Shown: positions 35,501 to 46,404 of the stretch, in pieces | How the letters are laid out: each line of letters starts with the position of its first letter | Numbering within the stretch: position 1 is the stretch's first letter | Assembly (NCBI RefSeq): GCF_011386835.1 | Contig: NC_088793.1 | Span: 41,044,001 to 41,108,000 of the forward strand | Direction of reading: 5' to 3' | Length of the DNA stretch: 64,000 nt | Source: Chrysemys picta bellii | Lineage: Eukaryota | Notes under the pieces: model-generated | Told to the model about the DNA's origin: nothing | The model's input: only the letters and a program-made list of their open reading frames with translations | The model's database searches: none | Made by a program: the position numbers and the translations under genes

Positions 35501-38500
35501 TGTGTGTTTCTTCCATATTTTGTACTGTATCATCCAATGGGTTACACTGGAATTTTAGTGGGATGGATCTTTAGGAAAATATTCAAAATAAATCTTATAG
35601 TGAACTTTGTAGAATTGATATGCTCTGATGTAATACTTTTGGTTGTGTTGTGTTCACAACCAGTGCCCTAATTTATAGACAAATCAGGGTAAGGTAATTC
35701 ATTGTTCAGATACTTAAAATGTCTACTGTATTTACAGGGTTAATAGGTGAATATTTGATATATATTGGTATAGTGCAGTGGCGGGTAACCTGCTGCCTGC
35801 AAGCCACGTGCGGCCCATCAGAGTAATCTGATTGCGCTGGCCCGCCACTTCCCGCAGCTCCCATTGACCAGGAATGGTGCACCGCAGCCACTGGGAGCTG
35901 TGTGGGACTGTGCCTGCCAATGGTCAACATCAGCAAAATGTCTCGCTGCCTGCAATCAGATTACCCTGATGGGCCACAGGTTGCCCCCCCCCCCCCCCCC
36001 CTCCTCCGGTATAGTGGAACAAATTCTTTCCTTGGAATGATTTCAGTAGAAATTGCAGGTGATTATCCAAAGCAAAATTTGGCCCATGGTATCTCCAAAA
36101 GCATTAATGGTGGAATTTGAGTATTAGAATTATATTGTCTCCATATGAACATTTATTCCAATTCACCATGCCAAAAATTTATTTCCGATGTGAGTTATTT
36201 ATGTCTTTTTTTCATTAAAACAAGTTTTTGAACTTCTGAGGTATTAGATTTGGCAGGGAATGGCAGATATCTGGTTCAATGTCCTTTTAAAAAATAAATT
36301 AGGGATTGTGGTTTAGAGCCCAACTAAAGATGTTCAAGAGCTGCTTCTTACTTTTTTGTTTTGGTTTGTTTTGTTTTACCCATAGATATCAAAACTGTCA
36401 AAATTGATACACTAAAATGCAAAGAAATTAGGTTTTCCATGCTGTATTCTGAAAGGTTTGAAATCTTGTTTGAGTCGGACCACTTGGTTGAAAATTACAT
36501 TAAAATAAAACCAGTCTGAGTTGGAGACAATTAAAATTTGTAATTGAATATGTCTCCTTTTTCTGAAAATCTCCCATCCTAGTATTGCTGTTTATAAGAG
36601 TAAAGGTTTTTAAAAATCCCAAATGTATTGTACCAATTTTAAGCTGAGCAGTAGCAAAGGCATTAATTCATATTTATTAAAAGCTTGGTTTTGACAGGCC
36701 CTTATGTGAGTACATGTAGAAGATATGGAAGATTGTACAGCCTAGGCAAGGCCAGAAAGCAAGATGCACACACAGCAGACCATGCTGGTGGGTGGGTCCT
36801 AAAGGTTCGTGTACCCTGTGAACTAGGCCACTCAAGGAGTCTAAGTCTGTGAATTAGGCCACTCAGTGAGTAGCTAATTGTATGTGCTTAGAAACAAATA
36901 ACACATCCACTGAAATGTTTATGGCATATTTGTGAAAATGGATACTGTTGAACATTACCAAGAGTCCAGTTTTCCTTCTTGCTCTAATACGAAAGGACGC
37001 TTTAAATAAATAAATAAAATCTGTAATCACAATATAGCAAGAGTTTTAGCAAGTTGGTACCACTTGTTTTCTATGGTTACCCAGAGTTATTGTGGTTGAT
37101 ATTAAAAAGGCCACATTAAAAGCCCTTTAAGCTATAACTGTTTTCTGTGAAACCACTGTTCTCTTTTCTTGTTTAATGCCGAATTTCAATGCAGCAGGTG
37201 ATCCTGCAGCTGACATCTGATAGCATGCACACAAAAAATCCTGATTTTCCATTTTTTGCACACCACCATGCTTTTCTATAGAAAATGAGCTGCAGCAAAA
37301 TATTGGTGAAAATTAAGCTGAAGTAATAATAAAGGGAAACAAGTCTGTTCCCTGTACTTTATTGTTCTCAATTTATATTGAGCATAGAACAACTTCTGCC
37401 ATTCCTTCATGAGTAATCAGTTTAAGAAATCAAGTAAATGTTACTTATACAATATGTTAAAATGGCGCAGTACATAGGGAGTCTTTTAAACTGTAGGTTA
37501 AACTAGAAGTATAGCTGAGATGATGATTAAAGCAACTGATATAATTTTTTGTGCTAGATTTTATGGTCAAGATATTCGAGCTAGTGCCATTTTATTTGGT
37601 GATGTACCTCGTCTTACTCAATCAGAAGATCTGCATGAAATTCTGGATTCCTTTACTGAACAATATGAAAATGAGGAGCAGAAAAACAATGCAAGAAAAG
37701 CAGCAAGGGAACAAAGGAAGGTTTGCACACATTTTTTTCCATATTGGCTCTCTCTGTTGCTAAATCCTTTCATCTAAAATTGGATCCAATCCTAATATTG
37801 CTGTGTGGATGGCACTCACATTGAAGTCATTGGATATGTTGAGTGCTGACTGATGGAAGGATAGGGTGTCTTTTTTGGGTATACTGTATTCACGCAAGTG
37901 CACTGTTCAGTATTGCCATGGGAACCTCCTCCATAGAAGAACATTACTATTACCTTAAGTTTTACATACTCCAATCTAATTATATAATTCTTCATTACAT
38001 TGTTTCCAAGAAGGCAACCAGCTTAGAGAGGCATATCTGTATTTGACGCACTAGAATCAGAAAAGTTTATTCAAAATATTCTTTTTAGCTGCAGCTTGAT
38101 CTTCAAGAAAAATGTTCATTCTTAAGAATATTTAGAACAAATCAGGGTTTTTAGTTGTTTATCTGCTCCTTCTGTTTCCCATCAAAAATTACAACTCTTG
38201 GATTGGGCCATCATATTTAATCACTGAAAAGATGCTGAGAATTATGGGACAAGACATTATCAATGTCTAGGCAACATTATCTCTCTAGACGTAACAGCTG
38301 ATGCTACTGAGAGAGACTACAATATATATAATTTATTTTCCACCTTTGTGTTAAAACATCAAGCAATAACATTTTTCATTTACACATATAACTTTGTGGT
38401 GAATTATTATGCGGCTATAGTTTTACAGTTTGAAATGTAATGACATCAAGGGGCAATATCTGATGGGTTCTTCTTAATTTCTTCTGGATTATCCTCAGGC

Positions 38501-39741
38501 CTTCAGTTATATTAACCTGTACTTGCTAGTGAGGTGTGATTTTGCTATTTTAAAAATTATTTATTTTAGGCTAATGTTCCACCTGTTAAACCATCGTCAA
38601 GGCCACAGTCACGTAAGCCACCTGTGTGTGCTGCACCAGCAGGTATGAAAATGTTTTGATAACATGAAATTGTCACTATATGTGAAAGAAGAGTATTAGA
38701 AATACTATGTTGTCAAGTATCAGGGGGTAGCCGTGTTAGTCTGTATCTACAAAAACAACAAAGAGTCTGGTGGCACCTTAAAGACTAACAGATTTATTTG
38801 GGCATAAGCTTTCGTGAGTAAAAACCTCACTTCTTCGGATGCATCCGAAGAAGTGAGGTTTTTACTCACGAAAGCTTATGCCCAAATAAATCTGTTAGTC
38901 TTTAAGGTGCCACCAGACTCTTTGTTGTTTTTTTAGAAATACTATGAGTATGTTGTTTTTATGCTATTCAATCCCCTTTTCTTGTGTGAGCTGGTAACTT
39001 CTCTATAACAGCTTGATTTGTCAAAAAGTGGAAGTATTTTGGGATAGATTCATGAAAGATAATGGGTGACATTTTTATGGTTTTTAACTTCTAATGTAAG
39101 TTTATCTAGTCTCTAAATGTTTACTAAACAGACACTACAAAATGGCTGGTTGTATTATTACTACAGATTGTAGATGACAGCTGAATATAGAAATTAGTGC
39201 CAGTTTTACAGTCATGTATGTAATAGCTCAGAAGGGACATTAAAATTAATTCGGTACATAATGGTCCACTTTGTATGATGGATTTTTTTCCTATTTAAGG
39301 GGACTGTTTTCTTGTAAAAACGGCTGACTTTTAGGAGGAAGTTAATCTCTTCTGGTCTGGGCCCAATGGGCTGCCTCTTTTCATCATCCTCTTCAAATAG
39401 GTAGATGAATCTTTCACTAGTATAGTGTCTTAATTCCTTACTCTATTTTAGTCACCCTACTGGCTGCGTGGCAGAAGGAAATGTGACGCCTGCTGATACT
39501 ATTTTTTTTTCCTGCAGATCCTTTCCTATTCTGTTGGGAAAGAGATGAATCAAGATTTCCATCCCTCAGTCCTAGTTCAGTAAATAGCTATTTCTGCTCT
39601 CCACCACTCCTTCTTGGCTAACTACAATAATTTGTGGATACTGAACATATATTACATAAATTAATTATTTACATTTTCCTGCAGATGTAAAAAATCCACA
39701 CAAACTTTATCCTGAACTTCCCAATTACCATGCCACTGAGG
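14454..39741 (+). CDS. SH3YL1: SH3 domain-containing YSC84-like protein 1, partial multi-exon CDS (exons 2-9: 14454-14564, 15625-15738, 19825-19889, 23927-24039, 35129-35257, 37558-37720, 38570-38642, 39685-39741)
   Basis: Eight AG/GT-bounded segments join in frame to (M)NNPIPSNLKSEAKKAAKILREFTEITSRNGPDKIIPAHVIAKAKGLAVLSVIKAGFLVTARGGSGIVLARLPNGGWSSPSAIGIAGLGGGFEIGIEVSDLVIILNHERAVEAFAKGGNLTLGGNFTVAIGPLGRNLEGDVAVRSSAAVYTYCKSRGLFAGVSLEG...KLYPELPNYHATE, recognisably the SYLF/Ysc84 domain of SH3YL1. Splice phases are consistent at every junction. Confidence 0.97.
15625..15738 (+). CDS. SH3YL1: SH3YL1 coding exon 3 (114 nt)
   Basis: ttttcag|CCCATG...AATGGAG|gtaagg; AHVIAKAKGLAVLSVIKAGFLVTARGGSGIVLARLPNG. 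Confidence 0.97.
15990..16790. mobile_element. Nested GC-rich hAT MITE pair (inner element 16138-16667)
   Basis: Inner TIR CAGGGCCAGCTC / GAGCCGGCCCTG with 6/8 TSD GCAGGCAC / GCGGGTAC; outer element related to 13230-13493. Confidence 0.8.
17241..18339. mobile_element. 1.1-kb non-autonomous hAT element
   Basis: TIR CAGGCCTGCCGACAG / CTGTCAGCGGGCATG; 7/8 TSD GGAGATCT / GGAAATCT. Confidence 0.8.
19825..19889 (+). CDS. SH3YL1: SH3YL1 coding exon 4 (65 nt)
   Basis: ggtcag|GTTGG...ATTGAG|gtaagg; GWSSPSAIGIAGLGGGFEIGIE. Confidence 0.96.
22606..22810. mobile_element. Truncated hAT (Charlie-like) MITE
   Basis: Starts CAGTGGTTCTCAAACT; related to 35776-36008, 52886-53209 and 56141-56404. Confidence 0.8.
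23010..23480 (-). mobile_element. CR1 LINE ORF2 (RT) fragment
   Basis: ORF 23265-23495: SLTLITGKIMEQLI..QHR..TNLISF..VDKGNNVHKIYLDF, CR1 RT motifs. Confidence 0.85.
23927..24039 (+). CDS. SH3YL1: SH3YL1 coding exon 5 (113 nt)
   Basis: tttctag|GTGTCAGAT...GGAAG|gtgagt; VSDLVIILNHERAVEAFAKGGNLTLGGNFTVAIGPLGR. Confidence 0.97.
27066..29596 (+). mobile_element. Full-length Chapaev3-type (CMC superfamily) DNA transposon, 2531 bp
   Basis: Termini CACTGCTCTACA / TGTAGACCAGTG; 3-bp TAA TSD (27063-27065, 29597-29599); single internal transposase ORF. Confidence 0.88.
27573..29251 (+). pseudogene. Chapaev3 transposase, disrupted
   Basis: ORFs 27573-28427 and 28391-29179 join by a 1-nt frameshift near 28390; Cys-rich N-terminus (FCYVCG, HICCNTC, CYFC); motifs RLFIDSS, YCCFLCEWD, LHIKLG, DEHGERFHQ; premature TAG at 29177; the frame continues to ..KRQAKKRRVDTE* at 29251. 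Confidence 0.9.
30590..31190 (+). mobile_element. Old CR1 endonuclease-region fragment
   Basis: Degenerate DIID..W..WNTIIPDYKLYWKDRLG..GR.VALFLK..GLYYQS..IMEDFQ pattern of the CR1 APE domain. Confidence 0.65.
31192..32354 (+). mobile_element. Solo LTR (~1.16 kb)
   Basis: TGTGAC...ATCACA termini; TATA-like GCTATATAGG ~31657; 3' end similar to 2670-2915; no clean TSD. Confidence 0.75.
33240..33460 (+). mobile_element. L2 LINE 3' tail
   Basis: Reverse-complement match to 48560-48655 and 49713-49770; ends in (AAT)-rich tail. Confidence 0.75.
33520..34350 (+). mobile_element. Old CR1 3' fragment
   Basis: GIIVDSSVKTSA*CAAVV..KANKMLG; LEGVQKRATRMI; tail GGATTAGATGGACCTTGG..GGCATTCCTATG. Confidence 0.75.
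35129..35257 (+). CDS. SH3YL1: SH3YL1 coding exon 6 (129 nt)
   Basis: ttttgcag|AAATTTA...CGCAA|gtaagt; NLEGDVAVRSSAAVYTYCKSRGLFAGVSLEGTCLIERKETNRK. Confidence 0.97.
35273..35500 (-). mobile_element. CR1 3' end adjacent to the exon 6 donor
   Basis: AATCATAGAATCATAG (reverse complement of the CR1 ATTCTATG tail) followed by GAAGGGA..GGTCATCTAGTC. Confidence 0.85.
35776..36008. mobile_element. hAT MITE
   Basis: Perfect 8-bp TSD GTATAGTG (35768-35775, 36009-36016). Confidence 0.88.
37558..37720 (+). CDS. SH3YL1: SH3YL1 coding exon 7 (163 nt)
   Basis: gtgctag|ATTTTAT...AGGAAG|gtttgc; FYGQDIRASAILFGDVPRLTQSEDLHEILDSFTEQYENEEQKNNARKAAREQRK. Confidence 0.95.
38570..38642 (+). CDS. SH3YL1: SH3YL1 coding exon 8 (73 nt), Pro-rich linker
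   Basis: ttattttag|GCTAAT...CCAGCAG|gtatga; ANVPPVKPSSRPQSRKPPVCAAPA; phase 0 in, phase 1 out, matching the flanking exons. Confidence 0.88.
38718..38932. mobile_element. Penelope-like element terminal (pLTR) fragment forming a perfect 182-bp palindrome (38751-38932)
   Basis: Start TCAGGGGGTAGCCGTGTTAGTCTG and GGTGGCACCTTAAAGACTAACAGATTTATTTG are typical of reptile Penelope/Neptune ends (recalled); 91-bp arms checked base by base, centred on GGATGCATCC with no loop. Confidence 0.9.
38841..38881 (+). ncRNA. Putative minimal type I hammerhead ribozyme motif (mirror copy on the - strand at 38802-38842)
   Basis: GCAU-CCGAAGA-A-GUGAG(guuuuua)CUCAC-GAAA-GC-UU-AUGC: stem I GCAU/AUGC, CUGANGA-like core with U4>C, 5-bp stem II, GAAA, palindromic AAGCUU in place of stem III. 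Confidence 0.65.
39685..39741 (+). CDS. SH3YL1: SH3YL1 coding exon 9 (57 nt)
   Basis: ttttcctgcag|ATGTA...GAGG|gtaagt; DVKNPHKLYPELPNYHATE(G), compare human YKLYPGLSSYHERVG (recalled). Confidence 0.9.
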
Positions 39742-41572
39742 GTAAGTACTACACTTTGAATTTATTTTATAAAGGCCACATGCAATGGGTGTGAGACTGC
39801 ATGGGGATATTTTGGAAAACATTATACTTTTTTAAAAAATTCTGTGCTGGCATCACCTTGTCGTCTTTATTGTCCAGACTCATCCCATGAGTTAAACAAA
39901 TCAAGATTCCCTTCTGTTTTTTTATGTTTTAGAAATGTTTTATAAACATCTACCTTTATCTTGTTCCCTGGCTTTATACTCAGACAGCAGGTGAATCTCA
40001 CCTTCCTTTCTGTCTCCTTGTGGCCTAACTTCTTACATTTCAAAAATCCTTTTTCCCCATTCAATATACATGTCCAGTCCTATAAATAGTCAGACTATAT
40101 TTGGTGATACCACCTTAATGAGGCAAAAGAGATCACTATGACATAACAACCTGTGTCCAAGTCTACCCGCTCTCCTCTGTGCACAAAGTAGTGTAAATCC
40201 TGTTTTATATAAACAAACACCCACAATGGTCAAATCTGATTACCATCATAAGGTTAGTTTGCCATTGCATTTACATCCTTTCATAGGATTATGCAGTGGT
40301 TTGAGATTATAAATCTGCTTTTTGGTGTAACACATAGATCACTTGTGCAGTGGTCTGGATTGTCAAGTTTTTTGAGGTCAAAACAAGGGCCTGGCTCATT
40401 TTCATGCCTAACTCATTTATGATTCTGTTGCACCCAGCACCACTTGTAGTTTATGGAGTTTGTACTGTGAGAGCATGGCATCACAGATCATTAGAACTAA
40501 TTTTGAAGCCTAAACAGTTTAACCTTTGTTCTGCACCTGGCAGAACCCTATTGACAAAGTGATAAATTCACTTAGAGAATGTTTAAGCCCATGTGACTTT
40601 GTTTCCCCAAGAATGTCTCACCCTTCCGATGGAAAAAGCAAGTTTGTGTTGATCCCCTGAAACCACTTATAAGGTCCACAAACTATTTTGCAAGGCAGTG
40701 AAATATAATATTTTCCTCGAATAAATTGGATAGACTTTTTGATCTATAAAATACATTACCTGCTTGTCAACTACTAAGTTTTATACAGACAGTAAGTGTT
40801 GGTCAGTGCTAGGATCAGACCCCAAACCTTGACACTGCATAAACATACACATTGTCTCACACGCACAATGCTTAACAAAAATTAAAATCTTTCACCAAAA
40901 TGTTTCAATGTGTTTTCAGTTTAAAAAATGACAAGTAAAAATAACCACAATGATCCAGTTACATTAAAAACAAATTAGTTGTGGTGTTCGCAACATCCAC
41001 TAAGTATGATTGAATTTAGCCTCAAGGTCCTGACCAATATCCCAATTATATGTATCTCACATGCACAAATCATTAATAAATGAACATGATGCATTTTTAA
41101 ACACACAAAAAGAGAAAAAAAGTTAAAATTTATAATACTTAAAAATATTTAATCTTCATTTTAACCACCTTCCTTATTCCTTCACCTGGACCCTCTCTGT
41201 TTGTAGTTTTCTTAAAAGAAAAAGCTATTCCTTGTAATTTCTGGTAGTAATACATATACTTGTTGGGGAAAAGTGTTCAATTTAGGAGATAGGTGTCAGG
41301 TTTCATTGGCAATCTCCAGTCCTACTTCTGAAGACCAAATGAGACAAATGCACACAGGGAAAGAGACAGAGGTGGAAAAAAGATAGGAAAATTCAACTTT
41401 TTCTGTAATATCTGGTTTCTGGAAACCCACAGAAACATCACGCATTCTCTAACCTTTTTAGAAACATTGGGACTTGACAAACATTTTTCACAGTCAGGCT
41501 GCTAAAATAGAACTTTCGTTTTGCCTCTTCTGAAGGGGAGAGGGAGTTGGGGGTAGGTAATATTTTGTCTTA

Positions 41573-42082
41573 GGGTATGTCTACACTGGCAAGTTTCTGT
41601 GCCACAAATTATACCACTTTTATTAAAATGCTGGAATTAAACCACTGTTGCGTGTCCACACTGTGCTCCTTGTGACGCTGGAGCGCATCCACATTAGCAG
41701 CCCTTGCAACGGCAAAGGCAGCAGTGCACTGTGGTAGCTATCCCACTGTGAAACTGGCCGCAGGGTGCTTTGGGAAGGGTTTGCAATGCCTCATGGGGCA
41801 GGCACAGTGTTACAGGATGCAGGTTTCCCAATCCCATTGTTCCATGGGCATCCTACTACATTGCCAGCTGCTTTTCAACTGAAGTGTGGTAGGGGAGAGT
41901 ATGTGGCAGGGAGTGTGTGTGTCTCTCTCTCCTGCCCTCCATACAGTGTGTTTTGGGGAACAGAGAGTGTGTCAGCATGCTGTCTTGTAAATTCAGTCAG
42001 CGGCAGGAAGCAACCAGTGCTGGGGGAGGGTGAAACCCCGACATCAGCCCCTGCCTCCTCCCTGGGCTCTCTGCACAGCTCG

Positions 42083-42117
<35 letters not shown>

Positions 42118-42389
42118 CTCTGCCTCTATGTTCAACAGCATGAACATTCTACATTAATAGTTTGCTTTGTGTTCCATAGCAGATTAGCACAGCACACAAT
42201 GGTGCTTTGAAAGGGGAGGGGCGCATGTCTCCAGGGCAGCCGAATTCAAAACAATGAGCAGAGCGGTCACTTGAGTCATTATGGGACAGTTTCGGAGGCC
42301 AATTACAGTGCAGAAAGCAATCAAGTGTCTACACTGGCAATAGAGCGCTGGAGCCTCTGTGCAAATAGCCTTACGACTCTCGTGGAGGT

Positions 42390-42426
<37 letters not shown>

Positions 42427-42541
42427 AGCGCTGCAACTGAGGAGTTTCTGCGCACAAATTGGCTTGGCAGCATGTACACGTCTGCGGTTTGAGTGCAAAA
42501 AGCTGCTTTACTGCACAGAAACTGCCAGTGTAGACAAGCCC
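41573..42541. mobile_element. Non-autonomous PIF/Harbinger element containing CT/CA and poly-T tracts
   Basis: TIR GGGTATGTCTACACTGGCA / TGCCAGTGTAGACAAGCCC; TWA-type flanks TTA / CTA. Confidence 0.85.
42385..42424. repeat. Long poly-T tract; (CT)n(CA)n microsatellite at ~42083-42120
   Basis: Directly visible; both lie inside the Harbinger element. Confidence 0.95.
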
Positions 42542-45326
42542 CTACTCTGCAGCCAGTTTTCTTGGATAGCAGTCCTGCCATCAAGGGGATATCTTCACCC
42601 TTATAGGTATTATGCAGCTCTGAAAACTGTAGATATTTTCTGTCATTTAGCTCTAAAATGCTCATTTCTTATTCTCGTAATTAAGAGATAAGTGGCACAA
42701 GAAAATTGGTTGCTGCTAAGACTAAGGCCCAGATCCTACAATGTGGTCTTTTAGCACAGACCCCTGTACTTATGTGTAGTACCAAGATTGATTTAAGCAT
42801 GACCCCAACTGGGAGCAGGGGCCTGTGCTACCCAGTCACCATTGCAGGGTTAAGGCCTGTTGTTATATTATTCAGGTCCTTAAGTAATATTATATGGTTT
42901 CAACATTTAACATAAATCTCTCTTGTTGCCAGTGAATAAAACTACAATAATTTGTAGACGACACATAGAAGTAGAAAGAAAATGAATCCTCTAGAAGCCA
43001 TGTTTTAGATTTTATGATGTGATAGTAAACGTTATTGCAGGAATACTGTACCTTAGCATATAGCAACAGTATGTCCATTGTCATCGGTAGGAAGGGATTA
43101 ATTGCAAAAAAAAAAAAAAAAAAAGATAAAAGTAACAGAAGAGTTGAAACATTTTATACTTCTATTATGTTACATGAAAGAACATGTAAGTTCTTTGATT
43201 TGTGTGTGAGACATTTTTAATTATCTACTATGGAGACCTTCTGAGTTATCTTGATGAGTAAAGTAATATAACCTGTTTCAAGTCCAAGACAGAATATTAA
43301 ATTAAAAACCTGTGTCTCTAAACTGATATTGTGATACTTGATTCATATGCAAGCAGAGCAGACTGAGTTTTTATACAGCTCAATTCTGTTAAGAGTAATT
43401 CTTAGATTAATACACTAAAGTGTAAATGGTGTTTCCAAAGGAAGATTTTAAAGGTTATCAGAAATCGGAAATATTACAGATTTTAGTGCCTGTTTCTTTA
43501 AACTGTTGTAAATCACAAGGAATTATTACAACTCTGAACATAAAACATCACAGTAATACCATTATTAACTAAATAGGCTGGTATTATCAAAGGAATCTCA
43601 TGAATTTGGCCATACAACTCCCTTAGGGTCCTTTGAAATTCTCTGTCCTAGCAAATACTATTGTGGTTGGCAGAAACCAGTTCTCCATCTACTGGAAAAA
43701 GTCACTGATTTTAATCTAACTTTTCAAAAAGAAGCTTTGAATTGCTATCTTTTAGTTTTTAACAAATATGTTCTTCTTGAAAAATGTTACATATTACCTT
43801 TTTGTTGGTTTGTTTGTCTTCCTACTTGTTTGCCATCTTTCAAAAGAACCTATACCTCCTCTCATAAAGTAGCATGTCTTATTCTACCAGGTAGCTAGGA
43901 AACAAAAATGATGGTCAATTACAGCTCATATGATGAGACCATTAACTTCCTCCTTAGTTTGTTTGCATTTTGGAAGCATTTGGCATGATATGGGAAGTTT
44001 GGTGTTTCTGATTCACATCCTCAAATGTTAACACCCTATTCCACCCCATGAGGGTGGAGTACTTTGGAGATAATTAAGATAAGACCAGAAAAGAGATCTT
44101 GTAGTTGCACGTAGGCCAACTGACCAAACATCCATATGTGCCTCCTTGCCGTACTAGAAGCAGAGATTTGTAGAGAGAAGATTTTTCAGTTTCTTTGTGT
44201 TCCAGCTTGACACCCCAGCTGTCTTCCTGAGCTTATGAGAGACCTACCAGTGCTTCCAATTTTCCTTCACACACTAGCTTTTTTATTACAACTGCACAAA
44301 CAACATCTGAAGGGTTTCTTCAGCTCCCTTAGGGCTTTTCTTTACAGCTAAAAAAATCTGTTTTTAATGCATATGAGTGATCCTGAGCTAAACACACAGT
44401 GAAGACAAGGCCACTTTAATTTTATCACTGGCACTGAACCTCAGGAGGTATGTATAGGGCTGATGTTGGCGAAAAGCCAAGAGATAGGACAGGAGAAATA
44501 TAGTGGGGGACAGAAAGAAACACACAAGGGAAAGGATAACAGAGCAGGATCTCACCTGTATCATGCTGGGGTTCTCATGCTGGTGATGGTCAGGTGTCCC
44601 CACTAGTGCACTGAGGTCTGAAATTTGAGAGGACTGACTCACAAGGAGGGAACTGACCACCAGGGAATGGGATCTGAAGCTGGAGTTGTTTTGAGACTTC
44701 TGTGCTCCAACTCAGACTACTTGGGGAGGACTGGCTCTTGCCTTGACAGACTGAAGTGATTATTTTCCAAATTATGAAATCATCAGGCAACAGCTGGGAT
44801 AGGAAAGAAAAGGGAATAATTTCAGAGCCTTCCTCCCCCAAGCTGTGTTAGTCTAGGGAGCTCAAAGATCAACTGGAACAAGGCCGAAGCATAGTGGCCT
44901 CATTTTGGCTCTGTCTGTTGTGATCCTCAAAGTTAAGGATTATGACTGTAGGACTGGGTAATGTAAATGACACATCTCATATTTAGTGACTTGAAAATGT
45001 AAAACAAAAATGAAAGGTGGTTTCCTGATTGATTACTGCTGTGACTTCCCAGGGAGAATCTTGCTTCTGGCAAAGTCTGAAAATGTAGTTTTCAAATGAC
45101 ATGATAGAAAGTGTTGTGTCCAAGAATAGTATCACTTTCAGCTGTCCTTTGTGCATAAATGATTTATGTACTTGACCTTTGGTTTTCTGTTTCTAATTTC
45201 TGAAAATGAATACAGCTAATGATTCATTTTGCCTTCTCTCAGTCTTAATTTGTCATTTCTCACATTCATAGGATACTTATGAACATGAAGATCCTATAAT
45301 AACGATACCATAGGGCAAAGCTACTA

Positions 45327-45514
45327 CACCTCTAGCCCTATATAACGCGACCCGATATAACACGAATTCGGATATAACGCGGTAAAACAGCGCTCCGGGG
45401 GGGCGGGGCTGCGCACTCCGGTGGATCAAAGCAAGTTTGATATAATGCGGTTTCACCTATAATGCAGTAAGATTTTTTGGCTCCCAAGGACTGCATTATA
45501 TCAGGGTAGAGGTG
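45327..45514. mobile_element. Tc1/mariner (pogo/Tigger-like) MITE
   Basis: TIR CACCTCTAGCCCTATATAA / TTATATCAGGGTAGAGGTG; TA TSD. Confidence 0.88.
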
Positions 45515-46404
45515 TATTTTAAAATTCTATGCTTTCGAATTTGTCAGAAGTCTCTTAACTTTTTTTATGAATTAGAAGAAATTGAAAAAAGAGACATTGT
45601 GTACTTCCCCCAAAAGCCAAAACAAAGGCAAACTTGTGTTAGTGAAAGATAATCTAAGAAATCCAAACACCTAACACAGTTTTGGCTATAAGCTTTTCAC
45701 AAAGAAATAGTAGTGAATCATTGGCTTTCTCACTGACAATAGGTACTCAACATTTTAAGTTTCTTTTTGTATTTTTTCGTTTATTTGATCCTTTAGGAGA
45801 AATGCTTGCTCACCTTCTTGATTTAAATTAATAAAGTATCTGTTCATCTGCATTGGATTGGATTTTTAAGCTATTCTGTCGTACAAAGAATATTTCAGGT
45901 AGACTTGTACAGTCTGCGCAAAATAAAAGGAGGGAATCAAGATTTTACTTGAAACAGAAAGCTAGTTACAACTTTAAATACACATTGAATACCATCTCAC
46001 CAATTGCTTTACATTTTGAAAGCACTATGGAGATATTAATGGCTCTTAAGGACATTCTCTGAGGTAGATAAAAATCCTTATTTCCTATTCCACATTTGAA
46101 GAAGCTGAGACATAAATTTAAGTGACCTATCTCAGAGGCACTGTGATATATTGATTTAGTCATGGAGTTGGGAATAGGTAGGCCTTGGTTGTAATCCTAG
46201 TTCTGCCACAGATTTGCTGTGTGATCTTATGAAAGTTTAATAGATTCATACATATTAAGGCTAGAAGGGACCATTAGATTTAGTCCCAGATTAGATTGTA
46301 TAATCTGACTTCTTGTTTGGCACAGAGCATAGAATTTCACCCAGTTATTCATGTATTGAGCTGAATAACTGGTGTTTCAACTAAAGCTTATCTTCTAGAA
46401 AGAT

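Noticed and set aside
44430-44860. Possible ERV-type LTR
   Set aside because: The composition is suggestive, but I found no termini, TSD or second copy.
45272-45312. Candidate alternative terminal exon after CATTCATAG
   Set aside because: In the required phase it reads GYL* and nothing else supports it.
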